DNA of 64,000 nucleotides from a virus. The position numbers and the translations under genes are program-made. Shown here one piece after another: positions 36,650 to 46,049 of this stretch (positions within the stretch are counted from its first letter, which is position 1; every line of letters begins with the position of its first letter). The stretch is from the IMG/VR virus record IMGVR_UViG_3300030441_000198, one strand, 5' to 3'. The notes under the pieces were generated by a model, which had not been told where the DNA came from, ran no database searches, and saw only the letters and a list, made by a program, of their open reading frames with translations.

Positions 36650-36773
36650 AATTTGAATATAAGTGGTGGGTTGGTGGGATTACATATGAAAGAAATCATT
36701 GTTTTCTTCGTGATTGTATGGGTTATCGCCTATTACATTCTGAAAGACAACTATAAAGATTAAGGAGATATTT

Positions 36774-37625
36774 ATGAAGAAATTTATGGCAATTTTTGTT
36801 GCATTCCTCGTTGCAGTTGGCGCAGTGCTTTGTACCGAGCGGGTACATACTGGTTATGTTGGTGTTGTTTATTCCGCGAAGGGGGTCGAGCAGCAGACTA
36901 TTTCTCAGGGCTGGCACTTTATGAGTCCTCTGAAGCATGTATCTGAGTTCCCGATTACTCAGCAGCGAGTAGTATTTTCTAACGCTCCGTCTGATTATGG
37001 CGCAAAGGAACACGCAGATTGGCACATTGATGCTCCTGCTAATGGTGGTACGATTGCAATCAACTTGACTGTCAATTATAACTTCCTGCCGGAGCATGTT
37101 GTTGAACTGTATACCAAGTTTGGCGGAATGGACGGAGAGAGCCTGATGGAGAGTAAGATCCAGAATGATATTATTGCTTATGTCAAGGAAGTTACTCCTC
37201 AGTTCAGTGTTATGCAGATTTATTCCGATGACCGTGCAGGTGTTAATACCGCAATCACCGACTATCTGAATGAGAAGCTGACCGCAGAATATGGTATCAA
37301 TGTTTCTTCGGCACTGATTGTTGACGCACAGCCTGATGATACCCTGATGCAGAAGATTCGTGCCAAGGAGCAGGCGAAGCAGGATGCAGAGATTGCAGAG
37401 CTGAATAAGCAGACCGCTCTGGCTCAGGCAGAGACTGATAAGGTTAAGGCACAGACGGAAGCTGACGTTAAGATGATTGAAGCACAGGCCGAGGCTGATG
37501 CAAATAAAGTGCTTTCCGAGTCTATCACTCCTGAACTGATTCAGATGAAGGAAGCAGAAGCTCGCCTGAAGCATGGTTGGGTTACCGTACAGGGTGCCGA
37601 TACGGTCGTTACCAAGGGTGAGTAA
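36774..37625 (+). CDS. SPFH/band-7 (prohibitin/HflK-like) membrane protein
   Basis: N-terminal TM helix; SPFH-type core followed by an AEAQ-rich coiled-coil tail. Confidence 0.5.
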   Translation: MKKFMAIFVAFLVAVGAVLCTERVHTGYVGVVYSAKGVEQQTISQGWHFMSPLKHVSEFPITQQRVVFSNAPSDYGAKEHADWHIDAPANGGTIAINLTVNYNFLPEHVVELYTKFGGMDGESLMESKIQNDIIAYVKEVTPQFSVMQIYSDDRAGVNTAITDYLNEKLTAEYGINVSSALIVDAQPDDTLMQKIRAKEQAKQDAEIAELNKQTALAQAETDKVKAQTEADVKMIEAQAEADANKVLSESITPELIQMKEAEARLKHGWVTVQGADTVVTKGE

Positions 37626-37640
37626 ACGAGGCTTTATAAA

Positions 37641-37868
37641 ATGAAAATTCTTAAAAATTCTGGTGACATATTCTTCAAACGCATTGGAATTGGCGAAGCG
37701 TTTTATTGGGGTGGAGACCTGTTTATTAAATTGCAACCATGTGAAGATTTAAATGGGATCACTGCTGTTTGCTTAAAAGATGGACACTCGTATCTAATGA
37801 GTGACCATGATATTGTGCAAGCAGCTCATGTTCATATTGAAGAGGATAAGCCGGAGGTGATGGTTTGA
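37641..37868 (+). CDS. hypothetical protein
   Basis: 75 aa. Confidence 0.3.
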   Translation: MKILKNSGDIFFKRIGIGEAFYWGGDLFIKLQPCEDLNGITAVCLKDGHSYLMSDHDIVQAAHVHIEEDKPEVMV

Positions 37869-38059
37869 ACTCATTTAAGAATATTCTAGGAGCAATCCTT
37901 GTGTTTGCAGCAACCTACTTTGTGTCGTGGACAATCTCCACTGCACTCATCTGGGTTATTTATCAGCTATTCAGTTTGAATTTTAATATCAAAGTTGCGA
38001 CAGGCATTTGGCTGGTGCTTATTTTGATTGAAGGATTCTTGAAAGGAAATCGAAAGTAA
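37865..38059 (+). CDS. hypothetical small membrane protein
   Basis: Two hydrophobic helices. Confidence 0.3.
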   Translation: MNSFKNILGAILVFAATYFVSWTISTALIWVIYQLFSLNFNIKVATGIWLVLILIEGFLKGNRK

Positions 38060-38337
38060 TGGGACAGTATCGTAAGAGACCGGTTGTAATTGAAGCATTT
38101 CAGCTTGGAATTGACTATATTCCTGACTGGTTTATGGATAAGGTGACAAACGGAACAGTTACTTTGCATGGGTTGAGTAGCGGGTTCATTCACGTTCCAG
38201 ACACCAACGCAGACATCGAAACGTTGGAAGGTGTGATGCACGCAAACTACAGAGACTATATTATCCGTGGCGTGAACGGAGAGATTTACCCTTGTAAGCC
38301 TGATATCTTTGAAAAGACCTACGAGGAAGTAGAATAA
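38059..38337 (+). CDS. hypothetical protein
   Basis: 92 aa. Confidence 0.35.
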   Translation: MGQYRKRPVVIEAFQLGIDYIPDWFMDKVTNGTVTLHGLSSGFIHVPDTNADIETLEGVMHANYRDYIIRGVNGEIYPCKPDIFEKTYEEVE

Positions 38338-38349
38338 CCAGTAGGGTGG

Positions 38350-38550
38350 GTGTGGTGGCATGAAAGGAACTATATGAATTATTGGTCAGTAGAAGTCCTG
38401 TTTTATGAAGATGGAATTCAGGCAACTAATACATATATGGTCAAAGCGCAGGATCAAAATGATGCTATGAACAAAGCACATCATCGTTTTGAAAAATCTC
38501 ATCCCGGTACGACCTGCATGGTTCAGAATGTAGAAAAGGCAGGTGGCTGA
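38350..38550 (+). CDS. hypothetical protein
   Basis: 66 aa. Confidence 0.3.
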   Translation: MWWHERNYMNYWSVEVLFYEDGIQATNTYMVKAQDQNDAMNKAHHRFEKSHPGTTCMVQNVEKAGG

Positions 38551-38893
38551 GGTGGACTTTAAATGTAAGTGTGGCAGTAAATCTTTCTTTATCCAGAGCA
38601 AAGGTAGCCAGATTGGTCTGTATTGCTCTGTTTGTGGCAAGTGGCAGAAATGGCTAACTAAGAATGAAGTGAAACAGTTTGAGTACGAGACGAATATGGT
38701 GGACTCGAAAGGAAACAATCCTGATGATGATTTTTATGAAAAATTTGCTTTAACTCCATGGGGCTGCCTACACTGTGCTTTTAGAGATTTTGGACTAGAT
38801 CTTCCTGAAATACCTGGTAAGATGGCTGATGCCATTATGGAAGATTTCTTCGAGACTATGGGAAGAGCTGATATTATTGAGAAGAAGGAGTAA
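38543..38893 (+). CDS. hypothetical protein with zinc ribbon
   Basis: CKCGS...CSVCGK. Confidence 0.35.
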   Translation: MAEVDFKCKCGSKSFFIQSKGSQIGLYCSVCGKWQKWLTKNEVKQFEYETNMVDSKGNNPDDDFYEKFALTPWGCLHCAFRDFGLDLPEIPGKMADAIMEDFFETMGRADIIEKKE

Positions 38894-39044
38894 AGATGAT
38901 TAAGCTCTTGAAACGTCTACTCCGTTGGTTTCTTCCTGAATGCAGTAGATGTGGCGGTGTTATGCTTTACGATAACACTCATAGCTGGCATGATAAATGG
39001 CACTTTGTATGTGATACATGTGGTAGAGAAAAGTGGGGTGCATT

Positions 39045-39242
39045 ATGAAAAAAATCACAGGAGTTCTAAAAGCAAAAGGATTTGAAGACTGTAATTTTGA
39101 ATTCTATGTTGATGACAATATGACAGAAAAACAAATTGAGATGGAAGTCTACCAACGTGCTGGTTTTAGTTTGGACTGGACGGAAGAAGATGGTTATGAA
39201 CCGTATACTGTTACAATGTATCGTAAAAAGAGGGATAGGTAA
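39045..39242 (+). CDS. hypothetical protein
   Basis: ATG 39045; 65 aa. Confidence 0.3.
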   Translation: MKKITGVLKAKGFEDCNFEFYVDDNMTEKQIEMEVYQRAGFSLDWTEEDGYEPYTVTMYRKKRDR

Positions 39243-39463
39243 TGAATTACGGGCAAACACATGTATATGGCGTAAGCTTATCGTACTTGATGGCTAATGG
39301 TGAACGTAGTTTTTCATACTATGAGGTGCCCGCCGACAGCGAGTATGAAGCAATCCAGTATGTACGCGGTCAATGGCATCGTGAGCATCTGTTTGCTCCT
39401 TACGAGCCAGATGTAAGTGCTCGACTTTTGTACGCTAACTATTGGAGCTATTTGAAGGCTTGA
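39242..39463 (+). CDS. hypothetical protein
   Basis: 73 aa. Confidence 0.3.
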   Translation: MNYGQTHVYGVSLSYLMANGERSFSYYEVPADSEYEAIQYVRGQWHREHLFAPYEPDVSARLLYANYWSYLKA

Positions 39464-39491
39464 TAAAAGTGCCGTTTTGTGAGGTGCAAAT

Positions 39492-39935
39492 ATGAAGAAA
39501 TGGACAAAAGATCTTCTTGAAGCCAATGGATACGAGCTAAGAAACGCATACATTAAAAATGTATCTTTTGGAATAAAAGATTACGGATGGCTTTCTCTTT
39601 CACTCACTTTAGAAGGTGATGGATGGGGAGTAAATTACATGGGCCCTTCTATCGGTAGAAGGTACTACATCAACGGAGAGTCTATTAAAGATGGGAATGC
39701 CGCAAATTTTGAAGGTTATGAAGGCGGAGCTGAAGCTATCGTAAGAATTTTAGATGTTGTTGATTGTTCTGAACTTGAATCACTAAAAGGAAAATATATC
39801 CGTGCAGCTATTAAAAGAGGAGAGTCTGTTGGAATCATCGGTAATATCATCAAAGATCAGTGGTTTGATTACACATCATTCTTTGATGATATGAAAAACG
39901 ACACTGACGATGATAAAGGTACTGAGGCAGATTGA
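39492..39935 (+). CDS. hypothetical protein
   Basis: 147 aa. Confidence 0.35.
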   Translation: MKKWTKDLLEANGYELRNAYIKNVSFGIKDYGWLSLSLTLEGDGWGVNYMGPSIGRRYYINGESIKDGNAANFEGYEGGAEAIVRILDVVDCSELESLKGKYIRAAIKRGESVGIIGNIIKDQWFDYTSFFDDMKNDTDDDKGTEAD

Positions 39936-39936
39936 T

Positions 39937-40191
39937 ATGGAAAAGAAATATGTAAAAATCTTTAAATGCCGTGGATGCAATCGCGATATCATTAAAAATG
40001 ATGTTGATTTATCTATTGCTGAGAAATGGACTCTTTCAGGAATGTTTAAAGATGGGTGTAAACCCGTTGAAGTGTCTGGCGGTTCTAGGCTTTCTGGACA
40101 GAACAAATTCCTGCTTCATCGGTGTGATCCAGAGAAGCTTTGTATTTGTGATTTCATTGGATGGAAAGAAATCGAGGCTAAAAATGATTAA
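39937..40191 (+). CDS. hypothetical Cys-rich protein
   Basis: CRGC...C..C motifs. Confidence 0.3.
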   Translation: MEKKYVKIFKCRGCNRDIIKNDVDLSIAEKWTLSGMFKDGCKPVEVSGGSRLSGQNKFLLHRCDPEKLCICDFIGWKEIEAKND

Positions 40192-40345
40192 TAATCCTTT
40201 TGCAGAAGATGGCATCATTTCCTGCCAGTGCTGTGGCAGTGGTGAATATCTCTTTAATGAAGATGGTAACCGTAATGGTTACTGCGGTAACTGCGGAGCT
40301 AGAATCGACTGGCCGGAGGATAACGATGAAGAAAGTAACACTTGA
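40184..40345 (+). CDS. hypothetical zinc-ribbon protein
   Basis: CQCCGS...CGNCGA. Confidence 0.3.
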   Translation: MINNPFAEDGIISCQCCGSGEYLFNEDGNRNGYCGNCGARIDWPEDNDEESNT

Positions 40346-40720
40346 GCTTCTGGTTGATGAAAACGGAGACGAGGATATCAACCCAATTAAGAGTGAGATT
40401 GAGAGTGTTTTTCAACGTTGTTATCATAATATAAAGTTGGTTTCATACGAAGAAGAAAGCATCGATGCACGATGGTTTTGCGCGAAAGACGTAACTCCTC
40501 CAGTCCCAGAGCACGGAATGTGTTCAGAGGATGTCATCATAAAATACAAGGACGGAACAGAAAGCGTTGCGTGCATCACAGCGTTGCGTGCATCACATTT
40601 AATGGTGAGTGGTATGATACTGATTATTATGAGGTTGCTGATACGGTAGTATATTGGCACTACATGACGGAAAGAGAAACAAAGCTTGACAAAAAGCTAA
40701 GAAATTCAAAATTTCAGTAA
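40326..40720 (+). pseudogene. hypothetical protein gene disrupted by a 17-bp tandem duplication (frameshift)
   Basis: GCGTTGCGTGCATCACA occurs twice in tandem (40564-40580, 40581-40597). Removing one copy joins ORF 40326.. to the downstream frame ending at 40720 (ESVACITFNGEWYDTDYYEV...). Confidence 0.45.
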
Positions 40721-40795
40721 AATTATTTGACGCATTATCGCAATAAATTTATAACAAATTTTGATAGAATTCCGCTTTTATTAGAAAGGAAAAGT

Positions 40796-41104
40796 ATGTT
40801 TAAGACTTTCAAAAATACTGCCGTATGCGTACTTCTAGCAGCTATTATACTGACTGGATGCAGTACAAGCGTGAAAGACTCAGTAGGAAATGTAGCTGTA
40901 GAGAATGGATGGTTCTATCGTATCAGTGATACCCCTATGGTATACGATAAGGATACACACATTATGTATTACTTATTCTGTAGAAGTACAGGCAATCAAG
41001 GCTACGGCTATATGTCTCCTTATTATAATGAGCACGGTCAGATGTGCTACTACGTTGATGGTCAGATTATTCCTGTCGAGGAGGTGTTAATCGATGTTGA
41101 CTGA
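40796..41104 (+). CDS. putative lipoprotein
   Basis: Signal peptide with lipobox LTGC (MFKTFKNTAVCVLLAAIILTGCSTS). Confidence 0.45.
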   Translation: MFKTFKNTAVCVLLAAIILTGCSTSVKDSVGNVAVENGWFYRISDTPMVYDKDTHIMYYLFCRSTGNQGYGYMSPYYNEHGQMCYYVDGQIIPVEEVLIDVD

Positions 41105-41300
41105 GATTGCTTGGCTTCTTGTTGAATCGTATTTAATTTTAATTCTTACAGCAGCAATTATCCGCTCTGAAGAAATTCTATACGATTTCTTATGTAATAC
41201 TGTAATGTATGACATCAAACTTAAATATGTAAAGTGGACTGTCGTTGCACTGAATTTTCTTATTATCGTATGTGTGAGTCTATGGACAAAGGTGATTTAA
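41094..41300 (+). CDS. hypothetical membrane protein
   Basis: Two predicted TM helices. Confidence 0.3.
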   Translation: MLTEIAWLLVESYLILILTAAIIRSEEILYDFLCNTVMYDIKLKYVKWTVVALNFLIIVCVSLWTKVI

Positions 41301-41301
41301 A

Positions 41302-41739
41302 ATGGATACTAGCTTTAATTTAAAGCACGTTCCCGGAAGCTTTGCATGGATTATTGAGCGAGAGAATGCTGATAAAAATTGTAATAAATGTGATGTTGAC
41401 GGAAATGTGAACATAACATTCATTGATGGCACTCAGAAGAAATATCGTTGTCCTATCTGCCTTGGATATAAAAAGATCGTAAAAGACGTATATCAAATCA
41501 AAAAATGTAAAGTCAAGAGAGTGAATATCGGTGCAAGACTTGAAAAAGATGACAATTTGATAATAGCGGAAGAGTCTATTCAATTAGAAGGATTTGATAT
41601 TAGCGACAACATCGATCCTGATTTTGAGTATTACATTCGTAATATCTATGATACAGAAAGTGATGCGAAAGCTGCCGCAAATAAAATCAATAAAGCACGA
41701 GGGAACATTGATGAATTATATGAAGATTGTCCCATGTGA
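41302..41739 (+). CDS. hypothetical protein with zinc ribbon
   Basis: CNKCD...CPICLG. Confidence 0.35.
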   Translation: MDTSFNLKHVPGSFAWIIERENADKNCNKCDVDGNVNITFIDGTQKKYRCPICLGYKKIVKDVYQIKKCKVKRVNIGARLEKDDNLIIAEESIQLEGFDISDNIDPDFEYYIRNIYDTESDAKAAANKINKARGNIDELYEDCPM

Positions 41740-42256
41740 TATAGCAAATGGTCCGGGCGTAAGAGTCACGTTATTCTGCGCGGGATGTAACCATCATTGC
41801 CCCGGTTGTCATAATCCACAGACATGGAACCCAAACGCAGGTCAGCTATTCACAGAAGAAACGCTAAACGAACTAATTGAGTTGCTTCGACCCGATTACA
41901 TTCAAGGACTGACGCTCACGGGTGGAGATCCGTTATATCCAGAAAATCGAGAAATAATCAGTGATATTATTTATAAAGTCTTAGTTGAGTTTGGAGATAA
42001 AAAAGACATCTGGATGTGGACTGGATATACCTATGAAGAATTACTAAGCCAGATAAATCCGCTCAATGAAAATGATGACATCGATATGATTTTAAATCTT
42101 ATTGATGTCCTCGTGGATGGCCCATATATTGAATCAAAACGTGACATCTCACTACCTTATATGGGAAGCTCTAATCAGAGAGTTATCGATTGCATAAAAA
42201 CTACTGGATACGACAATATAGTCCTTTGGTGGGCTCCAGAAGAGAAAGGAAAATAA
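41711..42256 (+). CDS. nrdG: anaerobic ribonucleotide reductase activating protein NrdG (radical SAM)
   Basis: MNYMKIVPCDIANGPGVRVTLFCAGCNHHCPGCHN matches the NrdG N-terminus and CxxxCxxC cluster. Confidence 0.6.
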   Translation: MNYMKIVPCDIANGPGVRVTLFCAGCNHHCPGCHNPQTWNPNAGQLFTEETLNELIELLRPDYIQGLTLTGGDPLYPENREIISDIIYKVLVEFGDKKDIWMWTGYTYEELLSQINPLNENDDIDMILNLIDVLVDGPYIESKRDISLPYMGSSNQRVIDCIKTTGYDNIVLWWAPEEKGK

Positions 42257-42257
42257 T

Positions 42258-42791
42258 ATGGATTTAGGAAATTACGAAAAGTTCCCAGATAGCAATGTTT
42301 TTACCACTATTTATCATCCGAATATTAAGATCAATAAACTACACGATGATACTCGTCTGCCGACTTATGGTTCTAAAAATGCTGCTTGTGCAGACCTGTA
42401 CGCCTATATCGGTTTTGATGACGCAACGATTGTAAACAAGAATGGTGATCGCTGCATTATGATTCAGCCGCATGAGACCGTTAAGGTACATACTGGTTTG
42501 CGGATGGCTCCGCCGGAAGGTTGGTACATTCAAGGGTTCGCTCGCAGCGGTCTTTCCACTAAGCAGGGTCTTGCACCTGTGAACGCCGTGCCAATCATCG
42601 ACCAGGACTATCGTGGAGAGATTATTATTCCTCTCCACAACTATTCCAATATCCCTCAAATGATTACTCATGGCGACCGCATTGCTCAGATGGCAGTTGT
42701 TCCGTTCTGGCAGGCTGATTTTGAAGAAGTTTCCGAATTGGACGAAACTGAGCGTGGTGCTGGAGGATTTGGTTCTACTGGAAAACAGTAA
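42258..42791 (+). CDS. dut: dUTP diphosphatase (dUTPase)
   Basis: dUTPase motifs AACADLYA, GLRMAPPEGWY, RSGLSTKQGL, IDQDYRGEI, RIAQM. Confidence 0.65.
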   Translation: MDLGNYEKFPDSNVFTTIYHPNIKINKLHDDTRLPTYGSKNAACADLYAYIGFDDATIVNKNGDRCIMIQPHETVKVHTGLRMAPPEGWYIQGFARSGLSTKQGLAPVNAVPIIDQDYRGEIIIPLHNYSNIPQMITHGDRIAQMAVVPFWQADFEEVSELDETERGAGGFGSTGKQ

Positions 42792-43264
42792 TGGAGAGAA
42801 TTATGGGAAAAACAATTGATACATCCGAGCTTCTGTATCGGATGGGCAAGTACGCAGAAATCGATGTCGGAGAAGAAAGCCATGATGCGTTTATGCACTT
42901 CATGCTTCTTTTGACTCGCACAATTGAGAAGATGCCGAATGCTGCGCTAACGCATAAGAATCCGATTGATGATGAGATTATGAAGAATCAGTACAAGCTG
43001 GTGAACGCAATCTCACTGGTAACCGGTCGCACTCGAAACGATGGCTGGTATCCTACTTGGATTGGCATGACTATGAAAATTGTGCGTCTGAAGGTCGATG
43101 AGTCTGCTGGTTTCCGGTACATCAAAGACAATGAAGGGCATGACTATCCGGGCGCAATGCATACGTCTCATGTTACCGATTATTACATCTCGGATGACAA
43201 GAAGAATGTTATTGTTCAGACCGAAAACACTATTTTTAAATTTGAAAAGGTTGAGGAGGACTAA
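42791..43264 (+). CDS. hypothetical protein
   Basis: 157 aa; alternative start at 42803 has a better RBS. Confidence 0.35.
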   Translation: MERIMGKTIDTSELLYRMGKYAEIDVGEESHDAFMHFMLLLTRTIEKMPNAALTHKNPIDDEIMKNQYKLVNAISLVTGRTRNDGWYPTWIGMTMKIVRLKVDESAGFRYIKDNEGHDYPGAMHTSHVTDYYISDDKKNVIVQTENTIFKFEKVEED

Positions 43265-43267
43265 ATT

Positions 43268-43573
43268 ATGGCTAAGTATTTTTACGTTTACAATATCGCC
43301 GGTGTAGAGGATTCTATTGTAAAGATGTTCAACACTGATACTGGTGCAATGGGCGAGAAAAGTGTCAAAAAGGATCGCATGGATGGTTTTATTGATGGTA
43401 TCAAGACGAGCGGCTTTGTTTTAAACAAGGAGCTGGCAGAGGCTGACGTTGCAGAGGCCGAAGCAAAGCGTGTTCTTGCAGAGAAGATGACCGCTTATCA
43501 GGCAGCTCGCGATGATTATCACAATAAGAGTGAGACTCTGAAGAAGGTTAAAGCAAAGTACGGTATTAAGTAA
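43268..43573 (+). CDS. hypothetical protein
   Basis: 101 aa; RBS GAGGAGGA. Confidence 0.4.
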   Translation: MAKYFYVYNIAGVEDSIVKMFNTDTGAMGEKSVKKDRMDGFIDGIKTSGFVLNKELAEADVAEAEAKRVLAEKMTAYQAARDDYHNKSETLKKVKAKYGIK

Positions 43574-43610
43574 AAGGTAAATTTTATGGGCGGGCGGGAG
43601 GAATAAATAT

Positions 43611-43829
43611 ATGAAAGCACATATTCGAGAAGAAAAGAAAACAACTCCATTAAAACTTGGTGAGGGAATGCTACTTCAGGACAAAGACGGCAAAATGTAT
43701 AAGGTTTGCGACACAGTAGAATATGACGAGACACATACAGACGATGAAGTTATCAAAGTTGCTTTATCTGAGGAAAATATGATTATTGGGTCGAACTTCT
43801 TTAATACATCGTTTGTGTTTACAGATTGA
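43611..43829 (+). CDS. hypothetical protein
   Basis: 72 aa. Confidence 0.3.
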   Translation: MKAHIREEKKTTPLKLGEGMLLQDKDGKMYKVCDTVEYDETHTDDEVIKVALSEENMIIGSNFFNTSFVFTD

Positions 43830-43840
43830 GGTAAGACGAT

Positions 43841-44074
43841 ATGATTATGATTATCCAACACAAAGGGGCTCCAAAGAAAAAGAGATACGCTGCAAAGTTT
43901 TCGTGCAAATGTGGATGTATATTTTGGGCTGATGACAAAGATATTAAATTTCCGAGTTATTCCGTTATACGAGAATATGCGCCAGGCGTAAAACTAGCAA
44001 AATGTCCAGAATGCGGAGAACAAGTCGTTTCTTGTTTTCCAGCAGTTCCAAGAGAAAAGATTTTTGTGGATTGA
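43841..44074 (+). CDS. small zinc-ribbon protein (paralog family B, member 1)
   Basis: IIQHKG..KFSCKCGCIFWADD...CPECGEQV...REKIFVD. Confidence 0.4.
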   Translation: MIMIIQHKGAPKKKRYAAKFSCKCGCIFWADDKDIKFPSYSVIREYAPGVKLAKCPECGEQVVSCFPAVPREKIFVD

Positions 44075-44083
44075 GGTGCAGAT

Positions 44084-44314
44084 ATGTATAAAACTGATAG
44101 TTTGAAAAATCCAGTAATCGTATTCCATTGCAAAAACTGTGGTTGTACAACTAAAATTCGAGTGGCTTCTTTTGAAAATCCTGATTTGGACATTCCTGAG
44201 AATAATGTGATTGCGTGCTATAGGTGTAGAGCGGAAGTTGCTAGATCTGAGTTTATTTCTTGGAAAGAAGCAACTAAAACTATTTTTACCGTGGAGGTGC
44301 CAGATGGCTGTTAA
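44084..44314 (+). CDS. small zinc-ribbon protein
   Basis: CKNCGC...CYRCRAEV. Confidence 0.35.
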   Translation: MYKTDSLKNPVIVFHCKNCGCTTKIRVASFENPDLDIPENNVIACYRCRAEVARSEFISWKEATKTIFTVEVPDGC

Positions 44315-44636
44315 GATTGTCAAGCACGGCCATGAGCCAGAACCTCAGAAATTTGCTATCGAGTTTAAATGTCCTTATTGTCATTGTGATTTTTATGCCG
44401 ACGACACATTTGATTCAATCTACAAAGACTATTATACCACAGCTGCTAATTTCGAGTTGCGATACACTTGCCCTGAATGTGGAGAAACCGCTAAACAAAT
44501 CGATATTGCAGATTACAATGAGGTATTCGGTAAACCAACATTTTTTGAGTGGCTAAGAGCTATTTTTGAGACACCATTCGGTAGGTATTATAGGATTCAA
44601 AAAATCTTGAAGAGTCTGGGCGAAGGAGAAGAATAA
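44304..44636 (+). CDS. small zinc-ribbon protein (paralog family B, member 2)
   Basis: KIVKHGH...EFKCPYCHCDFYADD...CPECGET. Confidence 0.4.
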   Translation: MAVKIVKHGHEPEPQKFAIEFKCPYCHCDFYADDTFDSIYKDYYTTAANFELRYTCPECGETAKQIDIADYNEVFGKPTFFEWLRAIFETPFGRYYRIQKILKSLGEGEE

Positions 44637-44854
44637 TGGCGATTAAAATCATTCAACATAAAAAGACCCAAAAAGAACTTGCATATCATTTTAAATGTGG
44701 TTGTGGTTGTGAATTTTGGTCTGATTCGGAAGGTGTTTTGAGTGCGAAGTCATTGGATGTGATTTTATTTTATCAAACACAATGTCCAGAATGCGGCAGT
44801 CGTGTAGAGAGCCACGACGAACCGGTTCTGCGAGAAGAAATTTTTGACGATTAA
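44636..44854 (+). CDS. small zinc-ribbon protein (paralog family B, member 3)
   Basis: KIIQHKK...HFKCGCGCEFWSDS...CPECGSRV...REEIFDD. Confidence 0.4.
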   Translation: MAIKIIQHKKTQKELAYHFKCGCGCEFWSDSEGVLSAKSLDVILFYQTQCPECGSRVESHDEPVLREEIFDD

Positions 44855-44874
44855 AATGTATGTTTTAGAAAGAG

Positions 44875-45228
44875 GTGAGAAAAATGGCTATTTGCAGTAA
44901 ATGTCTACATAAAGAAGTATGCGCTTATAGAAAGCAAACAAGAGATAGTTGCGCCGAATCTTGCGGAGACTTTCTCGGTTTGGTCAAGGTCATGGATGAG
45001 CGTCCGATTCCTTTAAAAGACAACATTGTAATAAGCAATTATGGTCTGTCGTTTATTGGATATTACGATTACAACAAAAGAGATCGAGAGCACTTTTATG
45101 ATGTAAACGCACTTGAAAAAATTTATGAATGTCCATCTTATTGGTTGAAAGGACTTGAATTACATGAGCAGGAAAAAATCGCTAACAAAGAATACGAGTG
45201 TAGGAAATCCAATATGGGACAAGTATGA
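44875..45228 (+). CDS. hypothetical Cys-rich protein
   Basis: 117 aa. Confidence 0.3.
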   Translation: MRKMAICSKCLHKEVCAYRKQTRDSCAESCGDFLGLVKVMDERPIPLKDNIVISNYGLSFIGYYDYNKRDREHFYDVNALEKIYECPSYWLKGLELHEQEKIANKEYECRKSNMGQV

Positions 45229-45523
45229 GATTGTGGGAGTCTCTTTTGACACATCAAATAATCCAAACAAGAAATTCTTCAAGCCGGTTTACATAATGCC
45301 GGATGGAGACATCGTAGCTTGCGATGGGACTCACGATTTCAATTATGATCCTAACAAAGAAATTCAAATTGTTCCAAAGGAATCTATCCCATTTTATGGC
45401 AAGCCAACAGAGCCTGCTGTTTATTGTGATGATGATGGCAACTGTGTGGATGTTGACGGTAATCCTCTCGGTATGAAATTGGACGACTTTATGGAGAAGC
45501 AGTTCCGAACGGTAAATAAATAA
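45164..45523 (+). CDS. hypothetical protein
   Basis: ATG 45164; overlaps the upstream ORF end. Confidence 0.3.
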   Translation: MSRKKSLTKNTSVGNPIWDKYEIVGVSFDTSNNPNKKFFKPVYIMPDGDIVACDGTHDFNYDPNKEIQIVPKESIPFYGKPTEPAVYCDDDGNCVDVDGNPLGMKLDDFMEKQFRTVNK

Positions 45524-45587
45524 CGTATCATCGCCATAAAAATTAGAAAATAATACGGTAAAACTAGACTTTTATGAGGTAGATTGA

Positions 45588-46049
45588 ATGGACGATAGAT
45601 TTTCAATCGAAAAGAATCACTGGGAAATACAAAATCCAGAATGGGAAAGCTATTCTCATTTCATCTGCACTAAAGACCATTATTGGACTGGTGTACACGG
45701 TATCAGCAACTATTTTCTTCAATATAAGAATTTTAGCAGAAGTAAACCAGTCGAACGATTTTCTGTAGAATGGCCGAACTTCGTAGAGCACATGTGGTTT
45801 ATCCATTGGCGTGGCCCATGGGATTATATTTTTGCTTCATATAAATTATCCGAGATCAAACGATTTTTAGAACTTGATATTGAAGCCATTAAAAAGAACC
45901 ATTGGCCGGATGGCCGTTGCACTTGCTACAGTATTTATGACTACGTGACGAAAAAATGGTACTATTTTAAAATCGAAAATTTGGGAACATTTTATGGATG
46001 CACGTGGCCGTTGGGTGATGATACGTGGGAGGTGATTAGTTGTGACTAA
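45588..46049 (+). CDS. hypothetical Trp-rich protein
   Basis: 153 aa. Confidence 0.35.
   Translation: MDDRFSIEKNHWEIQNPEWESYSHFICTKDHYWTGVHGISNYFLQYKNFSRSKPVERFSVEWPNFVEHMWFIHWRGPWDYIFASYKLSEIKRFLELDIEAIKKNHWPDGRCTCYSIYDYVTKKWYYFKIENLGTFYGCTWPLGDDTWEVISCD

Noticed and set aside
36723-37736. 337-aa minus-strand ORF
   Set aside because: Antisense to the SPFH-domain gene; Leu/Cys-rich low-complexity product.
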